Source: Candidatus Levyibacteriota bacterium
Lineage (GTDB): Bacteria > Patescibacteriota > Microgenomatia > Levybacterales > UBA12049
Length of the DNA: 64,000 nt
Direction of reading: 5' to 3'
Assembly: GCA_027459745.1 (NCBI GenBank)
Contig: DAIDHL010000001.1
Span: forward strand, 13,828 to 77,827
Shown piece by piece: positions 10,118-19,173 of the stretch. The notes under the pieces were generated by a model. That model made no database searches, was not told the DNA's origin, and saw nothing but the letters and a program-made list of their open reading frames with translations. Within the stretch, counting starts at the first letter, position 1; every line of letters begins with the position of its first letter. The translations under genes were made by a program, and so were the position numbers.

Positions 10118-11354
10118 CAATCCTCTAATTTCCGGAAGTACAGTAATCTTAGTGGGGAGTTTTGTGGGCAATCTGGTAAACTTCTTTTTTAATCAGCAGA
10201 TGGTTTCTCGTCTCCCTTTGGATCAGTACGGTGTATTAGCGCTTATTCTTGCGTTTGTCAATTTGCCTGGCTTTGCCTTCAGTTTTATAAATTTGATTAT
10301 TGTTAGTTATACAGGTGGAATGTTTGTGAAAAAGGAGATGGGTAAAGTAAAAGGTTTTTTTATGACTGTTTATACTTTCACTTTGCCTATAATTTTTCTC
10401 CTCTTTGTTTTATCACTCTTTTCACTCACAGGTTTTAAATCTTTTTTTCATATTACTTCAACTCCATTATTGGTCATAGCCATTGTGATAATTGTTATAT
10501 CAGTATTTAGTGTAATTAATCAGGCATTTTTACAAGCAAAACTGTCATTTTTTTATCTTACTAGCATCAATTTCTTATCGGCTGTTATGAAGTTTTTCTT
10601 TACACTGGCAGCTTTTTTTCTCGGTTGGGGACTGGAGGGAATTACTTACGGCATTCTTCTTGCTTATCTTATTGCTTATATCCTAACATTTATTCCTATG
10701 ACTTTCCTTCGTACTCACGCTCGGGAATATCATGATATACATCCGGGTAATTTATTCTCTTATAGCTGGCAGTCAGCAGTTTCATTAATTTCCTTAACGG
10801 CTTTTATTTCTACTGATCTTTTTTTAGTAAAACATTTCTATTCGCCAGATCAGGCTGGATTGTATGCTGGACTAACATTTTTAGGTAGAGTAATCTTCTT
10901 TTTTAGCGGTCCTATTGCCTCAGCTATGTTTCCTATAATAGTGCAGAAACAGGAGAAAGGCGAAAAGTATATAAACACATATTGGCTTGCGCTGATACTA
11001 GTCACGGGTTTTTCTATTGCTATAGCTGCTTTTTATAGTATTTTCCCTCAATTTATTGTAAGTTTGTTCCTTAGGAAAAGTGATTATTTATCTATATCTT
11101 ATTTGGTGGGATACTACGCATTAGTAATGGTAGTTTATACAATGCTTTCAACAACAGTTAATTTTTATTTATCGATTAAGAAAACTTCAGTTTGGATGAC
11201 CTTATTTAGCGGGGCTGTGGTACAAGCTATTTTGTTGTATCTTTTTCATCAATCTTTTTCTCAAATTGTAACTATTAATCTGATGCTTGAATCAATTGTA
11301 TTGATTTTCCTTCTTATTCAGCTACAATTGACAGGACATGAAAAAAAGAACTAA
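10071..11354 (+). CDS. Polysaccharide biosynthesis protein, candidate Wzx-like oligosaccharide flippase. The true start is probably at an internal Met.
   Basis: About 12 TM helices in a protein of roughly 420 aa within a glycan cluster. The 5' end overlaps the upstream glycosyltransferase. Confidence 0.5.
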   Translation: MYTSPSMKQHITRLYNNPLISGSTVILVGSFVGNLVNFFFNQQMVSRLPLDQYGVLALILAFVNLPGFAFSFINLIIVSYTGGMFVKKEMGKVKGFFMTVYTFTLPIIFLLFVLSLFSLTGFKSFFHITSTPLLVIAIVIIVISVFSVINQAFLQAKLSFFYLTSINFLSAVMKFFFTLAAFFLGWGLEGITYGILLAYLIAYILTFIPMTFLRTHAREYHDIHPGNLFSYSWQSAVSLISLTAFISTDLFLVKHFYSPDQAGLYAGLTFLGRVIFFFSGPIASAMFPIIVQKQEKGEKYINTYWLALILVTGFSIAIAAFYSIFPQFIVSLFLRKSDYLSISYLVGYYALVMVVYTMLSTTVNFYLSIKKTSVWMTLFSGAVVQAILLYLFHQSFSQIVTINLMLESIVLIFLLIQLQLTGHEKKN

Positions 11355-12084
11355 GAAACTTTCAATAGTAGTTCCAACATACAGACAAGAAAAAACCATA
11401 GAGACAGATATAAAATCTATTGCAGGTGTAATCGCCAAATTAAATATAGATTATGAAATTATAGTGGTGGTGGATGGAGTTGTTGATAATTCTCATCTTA
11501 AATTAAAAAAAATTAATAACAAGGAAATTAAGATCATAATTTTTGATGAGAATCAAGGTAAAGGTAAAGCTGTATGTGAAGGAGTCTTATCAGCGTCTGG
11601 TGATGTTATAGGTTTTATTGATGGTGGTATGGATATTAATCCCAAAGAGATTGAACAAATGTTGGAAATTATGATATCAAACAATGCTGATATTGTTATT
11701 GGAAGTAAATTACATCCAGACTCAAAGGTCAGTTATCCACTAAGCCGAAGAATATTATCTTGGGGCTATCGTACATTAACACACATGTTGTTTGGATTTA
11801 ATGTCAAAGATACACAAGTAGGATTAAAATTATTTAAACGCAAAGTTGCACGAGATGTATTTTCGAGAATTTTAGTTAAGAGATTTGCATTCGACGTTGA
11901 GGTGCTGGCAGTGGCATATAAACTGGGGTATACCAGAATTGTTGAAGCACCAATAATTCTTGATTTTACTGGAGTTAGCAGTATAACTTCAAAAAGTTTT
12001 TGGCGTGTAATAGGATGGATGTTGTGGGATACAGCTGCTGTGTATTATCGGTTACGGATTTTACATTATTACGATAAAAAATGA
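11338..12084 (+). CDS. Glycosyltransferase family 2.
   Basis: N-terminal LSIVVPTYRQEKTI...VVVDGVVDNS; this is a GT2 fold signature. Confidence 0.7.
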   Translation: MKKRTKKLSIVVPTYRQEKTIETDIKSIAGVIAKLNIDYEIIVVVDGVVDNSHLKLKKINNKEIKIIIFDENQGKGKAVCEGVLSASGDVIGFIDGGMDINPKEIEQMLEIMISNNADIVIGSKLHPDSKVSYPLSRRILSWGYRTLTHMLFGFNVKDTQVGLKLFKRKVARDVFSRILVKRFAFDVEVLAVAYKLGYTRIVEAPIILDFTGVSSITSKSFWRVIGWMLWDTAAVYYRLRILHYYDKK

Positions 12085-13196
12085 CTATATTAATTCTTAA
12101 TTGGCGAGATCCCAAAAACCCACTGTCAGGAGGAGCTGAAAGTGTAACTTTAAATCATGCTAAATATTGGGTTAAACAAGGAAATGAAGTGATCTGGTTG
12201 GCACAAAGGTTAAAAAACTCTACGACATATGAGGAAATCGATGGTGTAAAAATAATAAGAAAAGGAGGGGCATTTACAGTCTATCTTATTGCACCTTTTT
12301 ATTACTTATTTTCTCAAATTAAATTTGACGTAGTTATAGATGAGATACATGGAATCCCATTTTTTACTCCTTTATATGTCTATAAAGCAAAAAAAATTGC
12401 ATTCATTCATGAAGTTGCAGGTGAAATATGGGATTATATGTACAAATTCCCATTTAATCTAATAGGCAGATTTATTGAAAGTCTATATTTCATTTTTTAT
12501 AGAAATATAACATTTTGGACAGACGCAGATTCAACTATCAAAGATTTAAGAGATCATGGAATTAATGCAGAAAATATTGTTGTTATTCCTTGTCCTGTAG
12601 ATAAAAATATTCGCCCCAAACTTCATAATAAAGAAAAAAATCCAACTTTCATTTTTGTCAGTAGATTGGTTAAAATGAAAGGGATTGAAAGAGTTATTGA
12701 AGCCTTCTCGGTCATTTACAAAAAAGAAAAAAAAGCAGTACTATGGATAGTAGGCGATGGGGATAAAGATTATGTAGTGTATCTAAAAAATAAAATATAT
12801 GAGATTGAAAAACAGGAAAAATTAGAAAACTTTTCTAAAGCTATTGTTTTGTGGGGAAGAGTGTCAGAAGTTAAAAAAATAGAATTAATGGGCAAAGCAC
12901 ATTTATTGTTGCATGCATCGATAAAAGAAGGGTGGGGGTTAGTAATTCTTGAAGCCGCAAGTCAAGGAACTCCTGCTATAGTATATAGGGTGGGTGGACT
13001 TGTTGATACGGTAATTAATGGACAGACAGGAATTGTAATAGATCTTAATACTCCCCAAGAAATGGCCGAGCAGGCTCTTAATTTATTAGACGACAAAAAT
13101 AGATACAAGTTAATGCAAAAGAATGGATTAGAAAGAGTGCAAAAGATGTCTTGGGAAGAGGCTGCACAGAAAAGTTTAGTTTTAATTAGTAAATAA
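12081..13196 (+). CDS. Glycosyltransferase family 4 (GT-B).
   Basis: C-terminal EGWGLVILEAASQGTPAIVYRVGGLVDTV motif. Confidence 0.75.
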   Translation: MTILILNWRDPKNPLSGGAESVTLNHAKYWVKQGNEVIWLAQRLKNSTTYEEIDGVKIIRKGGAFTVYLIAPFYYLFSQIKFDVVIDEIHGIPFFTPLYVYKAKKIAFIHEVAGEIWDYMYKFPFNLIGRFIESLYFIFYRNITFWTDADSTIKDLRDHGINAENIVVIPCPVDKNIRPKLHNKEKNPTFIFVSRLVKMKGIERVIEAFSVIYKKEKKAVLWIVGDGDKDYVVYLKNKIYEIEKQEKLENFSKAIVLWGRVSEVKKIELMGKAHLLLHASIKEGWGLVILEAASQGTPAIVYRVGGLVDTVINGQTGIVIDLNTPQEMAEQALNLLDDKNRYKLMQKNGLERVQKMSWEEAAQKSLVLISK

Positions 13197-13203
13197 CAAT
13201 GTT

Positions 13204-14055
13204 TTGTATTATATGAATAGACCATTAGTTAGTATAATTGTTCCAACTAAAAATTCAGCATCAACATTAAAAGCATGTTTAAAAAGTATAAACTCTCAAT
13301 CCTACTCTAATAGAGAATTAATCGTTGTTGACAATAATTCTATTGATGAAACTAAATCAATCGCAAACACATACACACAATTAGTATATGATAAGGGTCC
13401 GGAAAGATCAGCTCAACGTAATTATGGAGCAAGGAAGGCTAAAGGTGAATATCTACTATTTATAGATAGTGATATGGTACTGTCCAGAGATGTGGTTAGT
13501 GAATGTGTTCAGGCTGTTAATATAAATAAAACATTAGTAGGATTAATAATTCCTGAAGAATCAGTCGGAGAAGGATTTTGGGCCAAGTGTAAAACACTTG
13601 AACGGTCTTTTTATCTAGGTGTAGAATGGATGGAAGGTGCAAGGTTCTTTTCTAAAAATGCTTTCTGGCAATTTAAAGGATATGATGAAACCCAGACAGG
13701 AACTGAAGACTTTGATTTACCCCAAAGGATTAAATCAAAGATGGGAAAAGAGAAAATTGGTAGGATTGACAGTGTTATTTATCACATGGAAGGAAAATTA
13801 TCGTTGATATATACGTTGCAAAAAAAGTATTATTATACAAAGACAGCTAGAAAATACCTATTGAACTCAGTTAATAAGATGTATTTTAATAAGCAGTCAA
13901 GTATAATCGAGCGTTACATGTTATTCTTCAGTAATCCAAGAAAATTGTGTTCTAATCCTATAATTGGAATCGGGATGCTTTTTATGAAAACAACTGAGTT
14001 TGTTGCTGGAGGTTTGGGATATCTACAGTCATTGTTACTTACTAATAAGATTTAA
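13204..14055 (+). CDS. Glycosyltransferase family 2.
   Basis: VSIIVPTKNSASTL...LIVVDNNSIDET...FIDSDM, the GT2 signature with a DxD motif. Confidence 0.7.
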   Translation: MYYMNRPLVSIIVPTKNSASTLKACLKSINSQSYSNRELIVVDNNSIDETKSIANTYTQLVYDKGPERSAQRNYGARKAKGEYLLFIDSDMVLSRDVVSECVQAVNINKTLVGLIIPEESVGEGFWAKCKTLERSFYLGVEWMEGARFFSKNAFWQFKGYDETQTGTEDFDLPQRIKSKMGKEKIGRIDSVIYHMEGKLSLIYTLQKKYYYTKTARKYLLNSVNKMYFNKQSSIIERYMLFFSNPRKLCSNPIIGIGMLFMKTTEFVAGGLGYLQSLLLTNKI

Positions 14056-14061
14056 TTTAAA

Positions 14062-15162
14062 ATGATAAAACTTAGCAAGCCATACATAGATAACCGTGAG
14101 ATTGATGCGATAAAAGCAGTGATGCTGTCATCAAACTTGGTACAAGGAGAAAAAGTTAAAACATTTGAGTATAAATTTGCTAGGGAAGTTAAAACTAAAT
14201 TCGCTATAGCAGTCAATAATGGAACTTCTGCTTTACACACTGCCCTCCTGAGTTTAAATATTGGAGAAGGTGATGAAGTTATAACAACTCCATTTACCTT
14301 TGTTGCTACTGCCAATGCTATTTTAATGACTGGTGCCAAACCTGTGTTTGTAGATATAGACGAAAGAACATTCAATATTGATTTCAATTTGATTGAGAAA
14401 AAAATAAATAAAAAAACCAGAGCCATATTAGCTGTAGACTTATTTGGTCAGCCAGCAGATTATGATGAAATAAATAAAATAGCCAAAAAGTACAAGTTAA
14501 ATGTTATTGAAGATGCGGCTCAATCAATCGGAGCGAAATATCATGGTATACCTGCTGGTTGTCTATCTGATGTTGCATGTTTTTCTTTATATGCTACTAA
14601 AAATATTATGTCAGGTGAGGGTGGAATTATAACTACTCAGAACGAGGACATTAATCTAAAAGCCAGAATGATTAGAAATCATGGACAAAAAGAAAGTGAA
14701 AGATATACTTACAACTGTTTGGGTTACAATTATAGAATGATGGATTTACAAGCTTCAATTGCATTGGAACAGCTTAAAAAACTTTCATACATTAATAAAA
14801 GAAGAAGAGAGATAGCAAAAATTTATGATAAAGAATTAAAGGGAATAAAAGGATTAATTACGCCTGTTATCAAACAGGGTAACTTATCGTCTTATCATCA
14901 ATACACTTTGAGAATTACTAATGAATTTAAGGAAAGTAGAGATACTCTTAAAAGCGACATGGAAAAAAATGGAATTTTAACAGGTGTATATTACCCAATA
15001 CCCTTGCATTTTTTTAAGCATTTAAATTTACATAACTATAAAAAAGGTGATTTTCCTATTGCAGAAATGATTGCAAATGAAGTATTATCGATACCTATAC
15101 AGCCTTTACTAACATCTAATGAAGTACTTGATGTTATTAAATTTTTGAGAAACTATGCGTAA
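14062..15162 (+). CDS. DegT/DnrJ/EryC1/StrS-family PLP-dependent sugar aminotransferase.
   Basis: LSKPYIDNREIDAIKAVMLSSNLVQGEKV...AIAVNNGTSALHTAL...YATKNI. The conserved Lys region typical of nucleotide-sugar aminotransferases is present. Confidence 0.8.
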   Translation: MIKLSKPYIDNREIDAIKAVMLSSNLVQGEKVKTFEYKFAREVKTKFAIAVNNGTSALHTALLSLNIGEGDEVITTPFTFVATANAILMTGAKPVFVDIDERTFNIDFNLIEKKINKKTRAILAVDLFGQPADYDEINKIAKKYKLNVIEDAAQSIGAKYHGIPAGCLSDVACFSLYATKNIMSGEGGIITTQNEDINLKARMIRNHGQKESERYTYNCLGYNYRMMDLQASIALEQLKKLSYINKRRREIAKIYDKELKGIKGLITPVIKQGNLSSYHQYTLRITNEFKESRDTLKSDMEKNGILTGVYYPIPLHFFKHLNLHNYKKGDFPIAEMIANEVLSIPIQPLLTSNEVLDVIKFLRNYA

Positions 15163-16213
15163 TAAAAGTCAAATAAAAAAACATAAGGTCGGAATAATTG
15201 GATGTGGGGCAATTTTCTCAAGACACATACAAGCTATAGAGATAAATAGGAATAATTATAGTTTAGTTGCAGTTTGTGATATTGACGAGAAAAAACTAAA
15301 AGAAGCGACAGAGAAATATAAGGTTAAAGGATACTTAGACTACAAACAAATGCTTAAAGAACTTCAAGGGGAAATGGATTTTGTAGTCATTGCAACTCCT
15401 AACTCTTTACATTATGAACAGGCAATTGCATCTATAAAAAATGGCTACGATGTTTTGATAGAAAAACCCATTGCACTTGACTCAAAAAAAATTATATCTA
15501 TTGCAAATTTGAGTAAAAAGTTGAAAAGAAAAGTCTATGCGGTTCTTCAAGTAAGGTATAATCCTACAATTTCTATAATGAAAGACGTATTGCATAAAAA
15601 ACTTCTAGGTAATTTAAGATCAGTTTCTTTAGTACAAAGATGGCAAAGACCAGTTTCATATTTCCATACTTGGAGAGCTGATGTTAGTATTGGAGGAAGA
15701 ACACTATTTGAAGTGGGAATACATTATCTGGATATATTACAATATTTATTTGGTATGCCTGAAGTAGTTGCAACTACTACATTTAAACATAAGCACAAAA
15801 ATATAGATTTTGAAGACACAGTTTTTTCAATTATTCTTATTAATAAAACTATTTCTGGTTCTATAGAAGTTACAATTGCTGCAGAACCAGAGAATCTAGA
15901 ATGCTCTATATCGATTCTTGGAGAGAATGGTTTTATAAAAATAGGTGGTAAAGCTCTGGATAAAATAGAAGATGTAAAGTTTATTAACAAAAAAAATAGA
16001 CTTAAATGGGAGGAGATAAACAAAAAATATAAACCTGCAGTTGCACCCAATTCTTATGGCACTCATTTAGGTTCTTGCCCAAATCATCCTGATATCTATC
16101 GTGAAATAGCATTTGGTAGAGGTATCGATATTACCGAAGCCATAGCATCAGTAAAGTTAATTGAGGATATATATAATAAAGAATTAAAAACAAAAACCCT
16201 TTCGTCAAGGTAA
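15155..16213 (+). CDS. Gfo/Idh/MocA-family NAD(P)-dependent oxidoreductase, a candidate nucleotide-sugar dehydrogenase (WbpB-like).
   Basis: N-terminal Rossmann motif KVGIIGCGAIFSRH and EKP motif (VLIEKPIAL). It lies immediately downstream of the DegT aminotransferase. Confidence 0.75.
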   Translation: MRNKSQIKKHKVGIIGCGAIFSRHIQAIEINRNNYSLVAVCDIDEKKLKEATEKYKVKGYLDYKQMLKELQGEMDFVVIATPNSLHYEQAIASIKNGYDVLIEKPIALDSKKIISIANLSKKLKRKVYAVLQVRYNPTISIMKDVLHKKLLGNLRSVSLVQRWQRPVSYFHTWRADVSIGGRTLFEVGIHYLDILQYLFGMPEVVATTTFKHKHKNIDFEDTVFSIILINKTISGSIEVTIAAEPENLECSISILGENGFIKIGGKALDKIEDVKFINKKNRLKWEEINKKYKPAVAPNSYGTHLGSCPNHPDIYREIAFGRGIDITEAIASVKLIEDIYNKELKTKTLSSR

Positions 16214-16223
16214 TCTCATCGCT

Positions 16224-16937
16224 ATGCGCACCAAGAATATAATGCTCTTTGCTTACGATTTTCCTCATAAAAAAACACAAGATTTTTTATTTAGACTTAT
16301 TATTGAAAAATATAATATAAAATATGTAATCGCGGCTCCTAGAATAAAACTTAATATTCCTGAATCACCTCAAAGAATTACTCCTATTAATGAAGGACTA
16401 ATACATCCTCGAACAATTTGTGAATATTTTCAGATACCATATTTTGTAAGTGGTCACAACGAAGAAAAAGCGATTAACATTATTAACAAATACCCAGTTG
16501 ATTTATATATTATTGCAGGTGCGAGAATACTAAAAAAAAACGTTATCAGCGCTGCTAAAAATCGAGTAATAAATGTTCATCCTGGATTATTGCCAGAGGT
16601 AAGAGGTTTAGATACAATTTTATGGTCTATAATCGAGAATAAACCTATAGGTATATCAGTACACTTCATTAGCACTAAAATGGATCTAGGTAGGTTAGTT
16701 TGTAAAGAAAAATTGGAACTTCGTCAAGATGACGACATTAAAGATGTTTCTTTAAGATTACTGGAAAAACAAACTGATGTACTAATAAAAGGACTTAATT
16801 TACTTCGTAAAATGACCTTAAAAGAGCTTAATAAAAATGAACTGAAATCAAATAATTATCATTCAAAAATGTCTCAAAAACTTGAGAAACAGGCTTTAGG
16901 TAACTTTAATGAATGGCTAAAATCAAATACGGGATGA
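16224..16937 (+). CDS. Formyltransferase-domain protein, candidate sugar N-formyltransferase.
   Basis: NVHPGLLPEVRGLDT resembles the Fmt/PurN/ArnA formyl-transferase catalytic motif (HxSLLPxxRG). The protein is about 240 aa. Confidence 0.55.
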   Translation: MRTKNIMLFAYDFPHKKTQDFLFRLIIEKYNIKYVIAAPRIKLNIPESPQRITPINEGLIHPRTICEYFQIPYFVSGHNEEKAINIINKYPVDLYIIAGARILKKNVISAAKNRVINVHPGLLPEVRGLDTILWSIIENKPIGISVHFISTKMDLGRLVCKEKLELRQDDDIKDVSLRLLEKQTDVLIKGLNLLRKMTLKELNKNELKSNNYHSKMSQKLEKQALGNFNEWLKSNTG

Positions 16938-18058
16938 AAATACTTATTATTACACCAGCCTTCTCTGGAGGAAGTTGGGTTTGTATAGAAAGATTAATAG
17001 AAAATTTAAAAAGAAAATACAAGATATCTATTATAGGACTTGGAAAAGTAGTACAAACAATAAATAATGTTGAGATTAAAAATATACCTTATCCTAGATA
17101 CGACCGATGGGCTAGAGTTGCAGGAGTTGGAGTTAGTCCCTTTATCTCTTTTGCCTGGAATTTGCCACTGTTAGTATTAAGCATAATTAAGTTATTTAGT
17201 TACAAGCCAGATCTAATTATAATAAATGGTTTTACAACAGGTCTGTTAATTTCGCCCTTAGCTAATTTACTCAAAATTAAGACTGTAGTATCATTTCATG
17301 GATTTATATCTGGGCATTTGAGTGGTATAGGTCAGTCTTATGCAAGATTATTAGCCAGGAGCGTTGACTTAGCGATTGTGAACTCTGAAGGAGCTAAAGA
17401 TGATGTAAGCCTTATTATGAGTAGTGATAGAATAATTATAAATGAACATTTTGCTGATGATATTTTCTTTAAAGGCATAATAAAAAAACATAAGTTTAAA
17501 AAGCTTATAATTTCCTATGTGGGTAGACTTGATATAGAAAAGCTATGTAGAACACTTGTCGATATTGCAGAAGATAAACAAAATGATTCTAGGTTCGAAT
17601 TTAATTTTGCAGGCGTAGGTGAATTAGAAGAAAGAGTAATTTCTTTGACAAAAAAGTCAAAAAACATTCATTATTTAGGTTACATTAAAGATAGATTAAT
17701 GCTTAAAAAGCTTTATGAAGGAACAGATATCCTTTGGACATATGCTGATGTTACGTATCTAGCTCTTCCTGCCATTGAAGCTCTTGCTTGCGGTGTTCCA
17801 ATTATGGTGACTGATAAGTCAGTAGTTCCTAATAAAAAACTTATAAACAAAGTAAACAAAAAATTAGTCCCAAAAGAAATTGGATGGCTTATTGATGCTA
17901 ATAAGAAAGATGATATACTTCGTATTATGGAAAAAATTGCAGAAAATCCCTCACCATATTCTATGAAGGAGAACTGTAGGAGATACGCTATGAAAAAATA
18001 CAGTAAATTCAATCTGCATAGCTCGATAAGTAAAATCAATAGTTTGATAATGAAATAA
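16913..18058 (+). CDS. Glycosyltransferase family 4 (GT-B).
   Basis: LPAIEALACGVPIMVTD motif and N-terminal GT4-like domain. Confidence 0.65.
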   Translation: MAKIKYGMKILIITPAFSGGSWVCIERLIENLKRKYKISIIGLGKVVQTINNVEIKNIPYPRYDRWARVAGVGVSPFISFAWNLPLLVLSIIKLFSYKPDLIIINGFTTGLLISPLANLLKIKTVVSFHGFISGHLSGIGQSYARLLARSVDLAIVNSEGAKDDVSLIMSSDRIIINEHFADDIFFKGIIKKHKFKKLIISYVGRLDIEKLCRTLVDIAEDKQNDSRFEFNFAGVGELEERVISLTKKSKNIHYLGYIKDRLMLKKLYEGTDILWTYADVTYLALPAIEALACGVPIMVTDKSVVPNKKLINKVNKKLVPKEIGWLIDANKKDDILRIMEKIAENPSPYSMKENCRRYAMKKYSKFNLHSSISKINSLIMK

Positions 18059-18060
18059 AT

Positions 18061-19173
18061 ATGAAAAAAAAGATAGTTTATATACTTGGTACTCGGCCAG
18101 AAATTATACGCTCAGCGGCAATTATTAATAATCTTAGGAATGATAAGAGCGTCGATTTTAAAGTTGTACATACAGGTCAGCATTACGATTTCCTAATGAA
18201 TGATATCTTTTTTAAAGAACTGGGGGTGCAACCACCTGATATTAATTTGAACATTGGCTCTATATCGCCTGCTAGTCAAATTTCTCGAATGATTCTTAGC
18301 CTCGAAGAATATTTTACAAAATTCAAGCCAGATGAGGTATGCGTTTTTGGTGATACTAATTCTTCTCTTGCTGGAGCTTTAACTGCATTGAAAATGAAAA
18401 TTACTCTAACGCACTTAGAAGCGGGTTTTAGAGATCGAGAAATGGATATTCCTGAAGAAACAAATCGTATTATGATTGATCATGTTTCTAATCTTTTACT
18501 ACCAGTTTCTGATATCTGTAGAAAAAATTTAATAAATGAAAAAGTCTCTGGAAAGGTTGTGGTTGTTGGAGACCCGTTATTTGATGTATTTGAGAACTCA
18601 CTATTAGATGTCAGTCTAACCACTTCACTAAAAAAAATAAAATCTCATGAAGATGACTATATATTAGTAACATTACACAGAGATAAAAATGTTGATGACC
18701 CTCTGAAACTAGAGAAAATATTAAATGCATTTGGAGAATTATCTAATTTGAGATTTATTTTTCCTGTTCATCCCCGAACAAGGATCGGTATAGAAAAACT
18801 GAAAAAACTTAATACTAGATTTAATAATATAGAATTAGTTGATCCATTAGGATACAAAAAAATATTAGAATTAGTAATGAATTCTAAGCTTGTTATTACA
18901 GATTCCGGAGGTTTACAAAAAGAAGTTTTCTGGTGCAATAAGCCCTGTTTAATTCTTAGAGATAATACAGGATGGATTGAGCCTGTAAATTATAAAGTCA
19001 GTTTTCTTTGTAAGTTAGAAACTAAAGAAATTATATCACAAATTTATTATGTTATTAACAATTACAAAACAATTATGAACAGATTTAGCAAGTTGCAAAA
19101 TCCATATTTTAAAAAAAACAATACGATTAGAATTGTTAATTTAATAAAAGACTATGCTGGCAGACAATGGTAA
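18061..19173 (+). CDS. wecB: UDP-N-acetylglucosamine 2-epimerase (non-hydrolysing).
   Basis: ILGTRPEIIRSAAII...VHTGQHYD...GDTNSSLAGALTALKM; these are canonical WecB/MnaA motifs. Confidence 0.85.
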   Translation: MKKKIVYILGTRPEIIRSAAIINNLRNDKSVDFKVVHTGQHYDFLMNDIFFKELGVQPPDINLNIGSISPASQISRMILSLEEYFTKFKPDEVCVFGDTNSSLAGALTALKMKITLTHLEAGFRDREMDIPEETNRIMIDHVSNLLLPVSDICRKNLINEKVSGKVVVVGDPLFDVFENSLLDVSLTTSLKKIKSHEDDYILVTLHRDKNVDDPLKLEKILNAFGELSNLRFIFPVHPRTRIGIEKLKKLNTRFNNIELVDPLGYKKILELVMNSKLVITDSGGLQKEVFWCNKPCLILRDNTGWIEPVNYKVSFLCKLETKEIISQIYYVINNYKTIMNRFSKLQNPYFKKNNTIRIVNLIKDYAGRQW

